A DNA stretch of 64,000 nt from a virus (Duplodnaviria; Heunggongvirae; Uroviricota; Caudoviricetes): IMG/VR virus record IMGVR_UViG_3300032280_000361; one strand, given 5' to 3'. This document shows positions 19,189 to 27,765 of the stretch, in pieces; position 1 is the first letter of the stretch; each line of letters opens with the position of its first letter. The position numbers and the translations under genes were made by a program. The notes beneath the pieces were generated by a model. It made no database searches. It was given only the letters and a program-made list of their open reading frames with translations, and was not told where the DNA came from.

Positions 19189-19785
19189 TTACTTTCTTTC
19201 TTCAGTAAGTGGAATTAAAGATGGTTCTAACATTTGAGTTAGGTAATCTGATAATTTCAACATACCTTCAGTTGCCGGTAATTGCTCAGCGTGTACTTTT
19301 ACATTGTATTTAGCTGAATTATCCGTGCTTCTAGTGTTCTCTTTGTTGGTTGCAACTTTACCTGCTACTTTAGCACTAAAGCTCATACCCCACCACTTTC
19401 CACCAGCAGATGCTTCATAGCTGTTTTCAGTAGCTACTGTATCTTTTGATGCTTCTGATGTTTTAACTTCCATTGCAAATTCAATATCTGCTGAAGTAAT
19501 TGCCAATGAAGGAAGTGGAACTAATGGTAACATAGGAACTTTGCTATACAATTTTTGTATTTCTTGTTCACCTGTTTCACCGTTTGTAACCACGCGGTTC
19601 ATTTCTACGTCTAATGAACGAGCAGTTGTTTTACCTGTCTTTTCATCTTTTACGAAAGCTACTTCAGAAATGTATTTCCAAGTTACTTCGTTTAATTTTG
19701 CCTGTCCCTTAGCCATTCCAACGATAGGGGAAACAATTAGTTCCTCAATTGGAAGACCTGCGAATTGGTCTGCGATTCCTGCCAT
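19189..19785 (-). CDS. DUF2589-like protein
   Basis: FAGLPIEELIVSP..AKGQ, VPMLPLVPLPSLAI..IEFAMEV, DNSAKYNVKVHA..EGM. Confidence 0.75.
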   Translation of the reverse strand: MAGIADQFAGLPIEELIVSPIVGMAKGQAKLNEVTWKYISEVAFVKDEKTGKTTARSLDVEMNRVVTNGETGEQEIQKLYSKVPMLPLVPLPSLAITSADIEFAMEVKTSEASKDTVATENSYEASAGGKWWGMSFSAKVAGKVATNKENTRSTDNSAKYNVKVHAEQLPATEGMLKLSDYLTQMLEPSLIPLTEERK

Positions 19786-19865
19786 AAAATTTGGTTTTTT
19801 TAATTAATTAGGTTACTGTAACTTATTTGTGTATAAATATCATAAATTATTTAAATCAAACAATC

Positions 19866-20069
19866 TTATGAAAACTTAACCATTCCTTTATATTGTTTTT
19901 TTATCTTATCTATTTCAGAAACAGCTTCCGTAAAACTTTGTTTAATTTCTTCATTTACACTAAAATCCATAATAACCTCACAATGGGGACAAACTACCAT
20001 TGGGTGTTTTATGATAAATTCCAAAGTTAAGCCAATTGGTTTTCTACAAGCTGGACAAGGTAGTGCCAT
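19866..20069 (-). CDS. Small zinc-ribbon protein
   Basis: CPAC and CPHC. Confidence 0.65.
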   Translation of the reverse strand: MALPCPACRKPIGLTLEFIIKHPMVVCPHCEVIMDFSVNEEIKQSFTEAVSEIDKIKKQYKGMVKFS

Positions 20070-20092
20070 AACATTTTATTTTATATAGATAT

Positions 20093-20119
20093 AAAAAAGG
20101 GAGAAATGTTCTCCCTTTT
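20093..20119 (-). terminator. Intrinsic terminator after endolysin
   Basis: AAAGGGAGAA-CAT-TTCTCCC plus T6; nearly identical to the 18655 terminator. Confidence 0.8.
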
Positions 20120-20121
20120 AA

Positions 20122-20961
20122 TCAAGCTAATAAATGATAATATTCTTTAAAGTGTTTGATTCTATCAGGTAATCCGATTGTTCCTCCGTTTACTCTTTTA
20201 GTAATCTTTGTTACAACTGTATCACTAGCTCCTTCATCCGCCATCTTATGTAATCCGTTTTTAGAGAAGAACCAAGCTGCTGATAATAAAGCGTATTGAG
20301 ATGCTACCTTATCAGGATTTGCTACGATATCTTCACCTATTGATTTACCAAATGCAGTATAGTTTTCCTTACCTGTCAATTGGATATATCCTCTACCTCT
20401 GAATTTGTATCCTTCACCACTTGATTCAGGTCCGTTACCCATTCTACCACCATATACTTTAGATGCAATCTTTTGTGGTTGTCTAGCATACGGAGTTGCT
20501 GCTGCTTCAGTTGGAAAATATTTCTTAAAGATACCAGCTAATCCTTTAGCTGAATAGTTTAAGTTTTCTTGTGTTGCTTTAAACCCGCCACTTTCGTGTC
20601 CACATTGTGCTAAGAAGTGTGCTAATCTCAATGGAGTATTAATTTGGAACTTAGCTGCCGTATCAGGAATCATAGCGATTACTGCATCAGGAATATGTCC
20701 CTTTAATTTATCTAATTTTAATCCACCTACCGGTGCTATTGGTGCACTTACAATTGGGGTAGGAGTTGCCGCAGATTCTCCCATTATTTTTGCCCAAGTT
20801 GCAGGTCCCACTATACCATCAGCAGTTAATCCATTTGCCGATTGCCAAGCCTTTACAGCTGCTTCAGTTTTTGGTCCAAAGTTAGTTACAGCTGGCTCAA
20901 TACCAAGCTTCTGCTGCATTAACTTTACATTTTCATTGTTGTCTCCTTTTTTTAATAACAT
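20122..20961 (-). CDS. Modular endolysin: peptidoglycan-binding domain plus GH19 lysozyme
   Basis: FGPKTEAAVKAWQ..GLTADGIVG; AHFLAQCGHESGGF..ENLNYS, FRGRGYIQLTGKENY, VNGG. Confidence 0.92.
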   Translation of the reverse strand: MLLKKGDNNENVKLMQQKLGIEPAVTNFGPKTEAAVKAWQSANGLTADGIVGPATWAKIMGESAATPTPIVSAPIAPVGGLKLDKLKGHIPDAVIAMIPDTAAKFQINTPLRLAHFLAQCGHESGGFKATQENLNYSAKGLAGIFKKYFPTEAAATPYARQPQKIASKVYGGRMGNGPESSGEGYKFRGRGYIQLTGKENYTAFGKSIGEDIVANPDKVASQYALLSAAWFFSKNGLHKMADEGASDTVVTKITKRVNGGTIGLPDRIKHFKEYYHLLA

Positions 20962-20978
20962 AGTATTTGTGTTTTAGT

Positions 20979-21251
20979 TTATCCTTCTTCTGATTCTGCT
21001 TCTAATTTAGCTGCATCGTGCTCCGCTTTCTTATTGATAAACTTATCAACTGAAGCAATACCAAATGAACCTAAAGTTATTACCAAAAATCCGTTGAAGA
21101 TGTATTCGTTAATTAACAATGGTTTTCCCATATATCCGGTTACTAAGTCAACTACTAAAGCTAACACCATACAACCGAAAGATGCAAAACCTACAACTGA
21201 TTTCTCATTAATATCGTTGCTATCACTAAATAATTCTTTAAAAAATCCCAT
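20979..21251 (-). CDS. Putative holin-like 2-TM protein
   Basis: Two TMs, charged C-tail, directly upstream of endolysin; start placed at MGFFK. Confidence 0.55.
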   Translation of the reverse strand: MGFFKELFSDSNDINEKSVVGFASFGCMVLALVVDLVTGYMGKPLLINEYIFNGFLVITLGSFGIASVDKFINKKAEHDAAKLEAESEEG

Positions 21252-21295
21252 AATTTTCAATTTAATATATGAGTGTAACAATTATATAACTTTTT

Positions 21296-21910
21296 TTATC
21301 CAACTTGCTCAGCATCTTCATCTCTGATTTTGCCACATTTTAAACATTCTTCTTCACCATCACCATCTAAATCTCCCCATACGTGCTCACATTGTCTGTG
21401 TGCAAAATACATATCGATTTTACCATCACCATCGAAATCAATACCATCCATTGTACCATCGCCATCTTCATCCACTTCAATACCGGTTCTAGGTTTTGGT
21501 GCTTCAACGATTGTTTCTGATTCAACTTTAGGTTCTGAATGTGCATTTGAAATTGCTGCGGTAAATGCTTCTGGAATTAATGGAGTATTGTTTGGTGGTG
21601 TTACAGGCATATCTGCAGTATTACTCATTGCAGTACCATCTTCCTCATCCATTTTCTGAACTAACATTTTATCCTTATCAGTATCACTAAACCAATAGTC
21701 AATGATTTTACCATAAGAACCAATGAAGGCTCCTAATAACAATAATAGAAGTTCTTTCCATTCACCACCTATTTCATTTTTATTAATAATAGCGAAGAAC
21801 ATTCCTCCTATAATTAACATAAATCCACCCAATACTAATGCTGTGATGTACCATCTTCTGGCCATCATTTTATTTAATAGGTTTTTAAACCCGCTTGCTT
21901 GCTCTGCCAT
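21296..21910 (-). CDS. 2-TM membrane protein with C-terminal DxDxDG repeats and Cys/His motif
   Basis: DEDGDG, DFDGDG, DLDGDG; CEH..CLKC. Confidence 0.6.
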   Translation of the reverse strand: MAEQASGFKNLLNKMMARRWYITALVLGGFMLIIGGMFFAIINKNEIGGEWKELLLLLLGAFIGSYGKIIDYWFSDTDKDKMLVQKMDEEDGTAMSNTADMPVTPPNNTPLIPEAFTAAISNAHSEPKVESETIVEAPKPRTGIEVDEDGDGTMDGIDFDGDGKIDMYFAHRQCEHVWGDLDGDGEEECLKCGKIRDEDAEQVG

Positions 21911-21936
21911 TTTATGTAAATTTTTAATACGTTAAA

Positions 21937-22251
21937 TTACCACTTAGGTGCTTCTTCTTTGAATTCATCACCTTCTTTTTTCTTAGCTGGAGCTGGTTTT
22001 TCTTTAACCGTTTCTTTTTCTTTAATAATTACAGTCTTACCACCACCTGCTGATTGAGATTGTTGGTTTGAGTTTGTAATGTTAATTACCGGTGCAGCTT
22101 GCTGAACTGGAGTTTCATCTTTATCTCCACCTGTTATTTGAGTTATACCCCAAGTTCCTAACCCCATCACTGCGGTTGTTACTACGCCGATAATAGTTTT
22201 CTTCAATCCTGATAGAGTACCATCATTTGAGTTTTCTACTTCTTCTGCCAT
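21937..22251 (-). CDS. Single-TM membrane protein
   Basis: One hydrophobic helix, low-complexity tail. Confidence 0.55.
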   Translation of the reverse strand: MAEEVENSNDGTLSGLKKTIIGVVTTAVMGLGTWGITQITGGDKDETPVQQAAPVINITNSNQQSQSAGGGKTVIIKEKETVKEKPAPAKKKEGDEFKEEAPKW

Positions 22252-22272
22252 TTTTTTATTTTTTAGTTTATG

Positions 22273-22647
22273 TTATTGTAACTTATTAAAATCTGTTATT
22301 CCTAATTGTTTTCCGTTTGAATCAAACAATCCAATTCTATAAGCCGATGATGGTAATGCTGATGTATATACTTTTAATACGTTATCACCCGCTTTTACAC
22401 TCACCGTTTCTTTAGATACAACTCTATTAGCTATATCAAATATTCTAATTGTAACTGATTGTGCAGTTTCCATTTTAACATTCATAGCAACTTCCGATGT
22501 TACAAATGCAGATTGTAATTTAATACCAACTGAATTTACTATTTCAAGTTCAGATGATAATTTCTGTGGTTCTGGAAGAATTACATCTTCTTTATAGCAC
22601 CCACTTAAAAGGATTGTTGTAACCAATATTAATCCTAATTTTTTCAT
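22273..22647 (-). CDS. Lipoprotein made of a T9SS C-terminal-sorting-domain-like Ig fold
   Basis: Lipobox LSGC; VTIRIFDIANRVV..GDN..VYTSALPSSAY resembles the Por secretion tail pattern. Confidence 0.6.
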   Translation of the reverse strand: MKKLGLILVTTILLSGCYKEDVILPEPQKLSSELEIVNSVGIKLQSAFVTSEVAMNVKMETAQSVTIRIFDIANRVVSKETVSVKAGDNVLKVYTSALPSSAYRIGLFDSNGKQLGITDFNKLQ

Positions 22648-22653
22648 TTTGTT

Positions 22654-22992
22654 TTATTTTATTAATGTTGTTTTACCTATTTCAGTTTTAGTAACATCTT
22701 CTAATACTAAGTATAAATATTGTGATTCGATTGAATTAGTATAAATCTTCTTTATGTTTTCTCCACCCTTCCCAATAAATCTCTCTCTGCTTAACACTTG
22801 CCCACTTTCTTTATCAATTAAACTTAAAGTATATGTTCCAGCAGATGGTAATTTAAAATATATATCCTGCCCATTTATTACTTTACTTTCCTTCACATCA
22901 AACACATAAGTAACAGGTGGCACTGGAAGTGGTAACTCTGGTTTAACACATCCTACTAATAAAATCAATGATATTAATATTATCCTTTTCAT
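22654..22992 (-). CDS. Lipoprotein, paralog of 22273-22647
   Basis: Lipobox LVGC; YTLSLID..GQVLSRE..GENIKKIYTNS..YLYL. Confidence 0.6.
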   Translation of the reverse strand: MKRIILISLILLVGCVKPELPLPVPPVTYVFDVKESKVINGQDIYFKLPSAGTYTLSLIDKESGQVLSRERFIGKGGENIKKIYTNSIESQYLYLVLEDVTKTEIGKTTLIK

Positions 22993-25286
22993 TAGTTTAT
23001 CTTTACTTTTAATTGTTTACCACCTTTATTAACCGCATCAGTTGTTGATATTGAAGTTAATCCTAATATACTATTTAGAGTAACCAATGGAGTGAATGTT
23101 ATTTTATATTCAGTAGTTTTATCTAATGTAGCTGAGCCATCGGTTATCAATGAACCCAATGTTATATATGCACCCCTATTAGTTCCAAAATTAGTTGCAT
23201 TACCTTTTGTTGTAAAGTCTACCTTTTCAAATTTTAAAGCGGTATTATCATAGTTTAAATTGAATTGTGTACCAACCAATTCTTGTTGTAATGGGTCTAC
23301 AGATAGTGTTACTATAACTTTATTACCAACCAATTCACCCATAATTAAAGCGGTTACCTCATTTGAAACTGAATTACTACTCAAACTCATTGTTCTAATA
23401 GAATTACTTGTCACACTACTTACACTTTGTTGTGCGGAATGTGATAAGTTTACATCTCCTAACCAAGTTACACTCACGTTATATGTGTTATTTAAACTAC
23501 TTAATGTAAATGGAAGTAGATTACGAGTTGAATTAAATTTAGTTTCCCAATTTGATGTTGTCACCGCATCGTAATCTGATTTATTGTACAACTTCATTAA
23601 ATAAGTTAATGCAGTAGATTGCGAAAGTGATTGAACACCTGTAAGATGTTGTAATAGTTTGTAAGTATCTGACTCATTGAATACACCATTACCATCCACA
23701 TCCGCATTTAAATACTGAATACCATTTGTTAATCCCAAACCACTCTGATTTCCCAATATACCTTTATCTGATAATTCTTTGAATGCCAAATATACATCCG
23801 ATACACCTACGATACTACTATATAATGTATTTAGTTCCGTTTGACTTGAATGTGTTAATTCTATCCCATGTGGTTTGTACGCCATTATTGGTGAAAAGGT
23901 AAATTCGGCTTTCGTTCCATACCAACCATCTTGTAATCTTAATTGAGCTTGAAATGTTGATGAAGTTATTTTGGTTGTTAAATTACCAGGCATTATATAT
24001 GTTTTCCAAAATCCACTTACATTATTAATGGTAACCGGTCCATCGTATATGTCAAATAATTTAATTGATGTTATGTTGGATGGAGATACTCCCGTTCCAT
24101 CAAATTCTCTTTCATCTATTAATAATTGATGTCCACCTAAATTTGCATCATACGGATTTATTATTGCCCATTCAACTTGTCCTGCGGATGTTGTTGCTCT
24201 AATTCCATTTGCGGTTTTAGCTGTATCCAACAAACTTGTCAAATCAACTTTACCCAATCCACTCAATTGTTTAGCAGTTCCGTTTATTATATTCCAATTA
24301 TTATTTGTAAATGTGTATCCTTTTGCTGAAAATTTAGTTTCATCTATATTAGTTCCAAAATCAACATTGAATGCCGCTCTTAATACTTCTCCGTTTGAGT
24401 GAACAACACTATTACTATAAAATTCAGTAAATGTAGCATCATCGGGATTAGTCCAAGTTCCATATTCGATTACATACGGATTGTTAAAATTATTTGGCAA
24501 ATCATTCCATTGAGAACCACCACCCCATTTAGTTACTGCGTAATCTTCATTACCACTATTGTTTGGTTCACCACCTGCCCAGTTATTATATTGACCAGGA
24601 ATGTTTCCGTTTGTTTGTCCGTTATTGATTTTGATTAGAGTTCCCTTTTCAGGTCCTGCATCAATTGTCCATCTAGCTTCATCTACTTCATCCGTTAGTG
24701 CAAACCAAATATTACCTTGCGGAACATTAGCAAATATAAACGCATCTTCATCAGCAGATGTGATTGTTACTAAATATCCGGTCTGTCCTTTGAATGTTGT
24801 TAATAGTGATGCGGCTCTTGCATTTGTATAAGTTGCGGTTGTTGATATTGGTCTATAAAAGTGTCCGTTTACACCATTGTAATAATATCCAACAGGATTC
24901 ACAGTTGCTGCAACTGATAATTGAACATTACCAACTACTGAACCTGTATTTATTTTTAAAGATTCCAATGCAGTATTGATACTAGCCATTGTACCCGTTA
25001 CTACCAAACGAGTTTTATTACCACTTAAAGTAAATCCACTTGCGGCAACTAAACCTCTCGTATCGTTAAGATAGAATGTAGTATTTGTTGATGGATTAAT
25101 TAAACTGATTGATGCTAACAAGGTAGATGTTGCACTAAACCCACTTAATACGAATCCACTTCCATTTTGTGCAGTTGTAGATGGTATAAACGATTTAGAG
25201 TCCGGAGCAGATATACTCTGTCCGAACCCTAAAAGTGATGTTAATAAAAATAATAATGTAACTAATATTTTTTTCATATTATTCAA
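22992..25286 (-). CDS. Secreted multidomain protein: C-type lectin, dockerin-like and cohesin-like domains
   Basis: Signal peptide; NGHFY..GYLVTITS.DE..YNNWAGGEPNNSGNEDY..WND (CTL); ADVDGNGVFNESD; GTQFNLNYDNTALKF. Confidence 0.7.
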   Translation of the reverse strand: MNNMKKILVTLLFLLTSLLGFGQSISAPDSKSFIPSTTAQNGSGFVLSGFSATSTLLASISLINPSTNTTFYLNDTRGLVAASGFTLSGNKTRLVVTGTMASINTALESLKINTGSVVGNVQLSVAATVNPVGYYYNGVNGHFYRPISTTATYTNARAASLLTTFKGQTGYLVTITSADEDAFIFANVPQGNIWFALTDEVDEARWTIDAGPEKGTLIKINNGQTNGNIPGQYNNWAGGEPNNSGNEDYAVTKWGGGSQWNDLPNNFNNPYVIEYGTWTNPDDATFTEFYSNSVVHSNGEVLRAAFNVDFGTNIDETKFSAKGYTFTNNNWNIINGTAKQLSGLGKVDLTSLLDTAKTANGIRATTSAGQVEWAIINPYDANLGGHQLLIDEREFDGTGVSPSNITSIKLFDIYDGPVTINNVSGFWKTYIMPGNLTTKITSSTFQAQLRLQDGWYGTKAEFTFSPIMAYKPHGIELTHSSQTELNTLYSSIVGVSDVYLAFKELSDKGILGNQSGLGLTNGIQYLNADVDGNGVFNESDTYKLLQHLTGVQSLSQSTALTYLMKLYNKSDYDAVTTSNWETKFNSTRNLLPFTLSSLNNTYNVSVTWLGDVNLSHSAQQSVSSVTSNSIRTMSLSSNSVSNEVTALIMGELVGNKVIVTLSVDPLQQELVGTQFNLNYDNTALKFEKVDFTTKGNATNFGTNRGAYITLGSLITDGSATLDKTTEYKITFTPLVTLNSILGLTSISTTDAVNKGGKQLKVKIN

Positions 25287-26934
25287 CTATTAAGTCGATT
25301 TTATTTCCTTTTGAATCAACTGCATCCGCTAATACAAAGAAGAATAAACCTGCGGTATTAGTTAGAGTTTCTTTCGGTGTGAATATTAATGTGTATGGTG
25401 TACCGGTTTTGATTCTAGCTGTCTTTAATTGGTCAATAGAACCAAATGTTAATCTACCACCATCATGCGTTGAGAAGTTAGTAATCGTAGAGCCGGCATC
25501 AAACATCACATTATCTAAAGTTAATTTACTTTGGTCATAATTCATAATAACTTGCAATCCAGCTAATTCTGCTTTTGTTAAGTTTGTAGTTAGGATTACT
25601 TTACCACCTTCCAATTTAGATGATACACTTAGTGTTGCTTTTTCAACTGCAAGTGTCTGATATGCTAAAGGAGTAGTACTCATAGATTTTATTGAATTTG
25701 TACTTTTAGCATTCACCGAATTTGTATATTGTCCACTTGCTATTTTACTAGCAATTACAGATGGGTCCGATGAATGTGACCAGTTCAAATCACCACCCCA
25801 TGCATATACCGCATCTACCGTTTGTGATGGAGCCGTAATTAATACTTTGTTTTTAACAACACCATCTAACCAATTTTGATTTAACAAACCACTATACCAT
25901 CTTACTGATGTTGAAGTTGAAGTAGGAATCATAGCAGGTGTATCCACATTAATACCCATTACATGTGCAAATAAGTAATAAGAATCATTCTCACTAAATT
26001 CGGTTTTGTTTTTTGTAATTAAACCAACTTTCTTTTCCAATAAAGGATATGTAAAGAAGTTTGGAGTTCCACTAATATCAGTTTGTGAATGACCTAAGAA
26101 AGCCTTATATGCATCTGATACCGTTACGATATTATTCATCCAAGTTTTACTAAATGCAGGTCCAACGAATACACCAACTGAATCACCCACTTTAATTTGT
26201 GTTGTGAAAAGTGCTTCACCGGTTGCATCCAATGATAATTGTGCAATAGGTTGTTTTGTCCAATCAATATCACCACTACCATCTGTTTTAAGTGGCATCA
26301 ATTGAACCTTATGGTCTGTAATTGAAGTGTATGTAGTTGGGAATAGGACTCTAACTTTGAATTGAGATGTATTTCCCGTTACATTTGTTATAGAAGACCA
26401 ACCTCCACCAAATATTGTTCCAAGACTCGCACCCGCAGTATCAGTACCGGTTGCTAAATCTATTTTGAATATATTGTTGTAAGTATTTTGGTCTTTTAAG
26501 ATATACTTTTGAGTAGCAATTGTACCACTAATAGATGCATCAGTTCTCTGAACAGTCAATTGTCCAACATTCCAATCTGCGTTTACTGCATAACCCCAAG
26601 GTGTTAATCCATGTTGAAGATTCAACTCATTATCACTCACCGTAGTGTTTGGAGTAAACTTATAGTTATTCCAACCTGTATAGAATGTTTGAACTGATGT
26701 TCCTTGATTGAATACGGTTGAAACATACGTTAATGCCTTATTGTTAAATTGGTATCTGAACCAAAGATAACGAGGATTTTTAATTATCGTTCCTTTTGTT
26801 AAGGTATGAGTAACTGTTAGAGTATCACCAACTTTTAACCCCGTTGTAGGAGCTATCGACTGAGTGATTGTTAATTGCCCAAAAGATGATAGAGATATTA
26901 AGAATATCCCTAAAAATAAGATTAGTTTTTTCAT
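25279..26934 (-). CDS. Secreted protein with cohesin-like domains, partial paralog of 22992-25286
   Basis: Signal peptide; shared IVxVSDxYxAF, WxGDxNxSHS, NSI(K/R)xMS and C-terminal GLQVIMNYDQSKL..TFGS..Y.LIFTP. Confidence 0.65.
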   Translation of the reverse strand: MKKLILFLGIFLISLSSFGQLTITQSIAPTTGLKVGDTLTVTHTLTKGTIIKNPRYLWFRYQFNNKALTYVSTVFNQGTSVQTFYTGWNNYKFTPNTTVSDNELNLQHGLTPWGYAVNADWNVGQLTVQRTDASISGTIATQKYILKDQNTYNNIFKIDLATGTDTAGASLGTIFGGGWSSITNVTGNTSQFKVRVLFPTTYTSITDHKVQLMPLKTDGSGDIDWTKQPIAQLSLDATGEALFTTQIKVGDSVGVFVGPAFSKTWMNNIVTVSDAYKAFLGHSQTDISGTPNFFTYPLLEKKVGLITKNKTEFSENDSYYLFAHVMGINVDTPAMIPTSTSTSVRWYSGLLNQNWLDGVVKNKVLITAPSQTVDAVYAWGGDLNWSHSSDPSVIASKIASGQYTNSVNAKSTNSIKSMSTTPLAYQTLAVEKATLSVSSKLEGGKVILTTNLTKAELAGLQVIMNYDQSKLTLDNVMFDAGSTITNFSTHDGGRLTFGSIDQLKTARIKTGTPYTLIFTPKETLTNTAGLFFFVLADAVDSKGNKIDLIVE

Positions 26935-26935
26935 T

Positions 26936-27586
26936 TTATTTTTTTTCCAATAATTTTGTTACTAGCTTATCGGAGGCTTTCTTTAATGCATTGCTTAAGG
27001 ATGTTTGGTTAAATTTACCACCCTCATCAACTATTAGTGTAGACATTGAGATTTCAGATGATGATTCTTCTACCACCACTTGCTTCTCCTTCTTACCGTC
27101 TTTATATAAGATACCTTGTAATCTAACTACTACTTCTTCTTCTCCTTTATGGAATACTGAAATATTGGTTTTTGTTGTAAGCACATCTAAGTAAACGATG
27201 TTTACTTTCAATCTCTGTGTCGCAGATGGTGATAAATCTAATCCCTTTTCCTGAAGATATTCTTCTAATATATTCTTTACTCCAAACGCTAAATTTCTGT
27301 TTCCTGCTAATTTACCAATCTTAACTTGATTTTCTACGGATTCAACCCAAATATGGTCTTCGGCATTATACCAAATATTAACCGGGTCATTCTTAAATGT
27401 ACCATCGATTCTCCACTCAATCCAATTAATAACATTTCGTTGTAGCTCATGTTTACCAGAGAATTCTAAATAAACAAAGAATAATTGAAAACATAGGGCG
27501 AATACAATCCATAACCCTGTTAAATAGAGAAATCCTAATGCTAATTTATTTCCTAAATTTGATGCTAACGCTTTAATGTAAGCCAT
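26936..27586 (-). CDS. Membrane-anchored protein with CsgG/LptE-like alpha/beta domain
   Basis: N-terminal TM; AFGVKNILEEYL and FNQTSLSNALKKA parallel GLGVANITLEYL and FNQSTISIATKKA of 17898-18620. Confidence 0.5.
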   Translation of the reverse strand: MAYIKALASNLGNKLALGFLYLTGLWIVFALCFQLFFVYLEFSGKHELQRNVINWIEWRIDGTFKNDPVNIWYNAEDHIWVESVENQVKIGKLAGNRNLAFGVKNILEEYLQEKGLDLSPSATQRLKVNIVYLDVLTTKTNISVFHKGEEEVVVRLQGILYKDGKKEKQVVVEESSSEISMSTLIVDEGGKFNQTSLSNALKKASDKLVTKLLEKK

Positions 27587-27715
27587 AATCGTATAATTAT
27601 TTGGTTACCAAAACCCTAATTACGAAACGATTATCAGAACACTCTTTATTACCTCTATAAATATGAGTTATCTCACCTTTACTCAAAAAACTATAGAAAA
27701 AATTCGTTTAGACAT

Positions 27716-27743
27716 AAAAAAGGTGGAGATTTCTCCCCACCTT
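27716..27743 (-). terminator. Intrinsic terminator after TonB-dependent receptor
   Basis: AAGGTGGGGAG-AAA-TCTCCACC plus T tract. Confidence 0.75.
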
Positions 27744-27765
27744 AATTAAAACTTAATATTAAATA

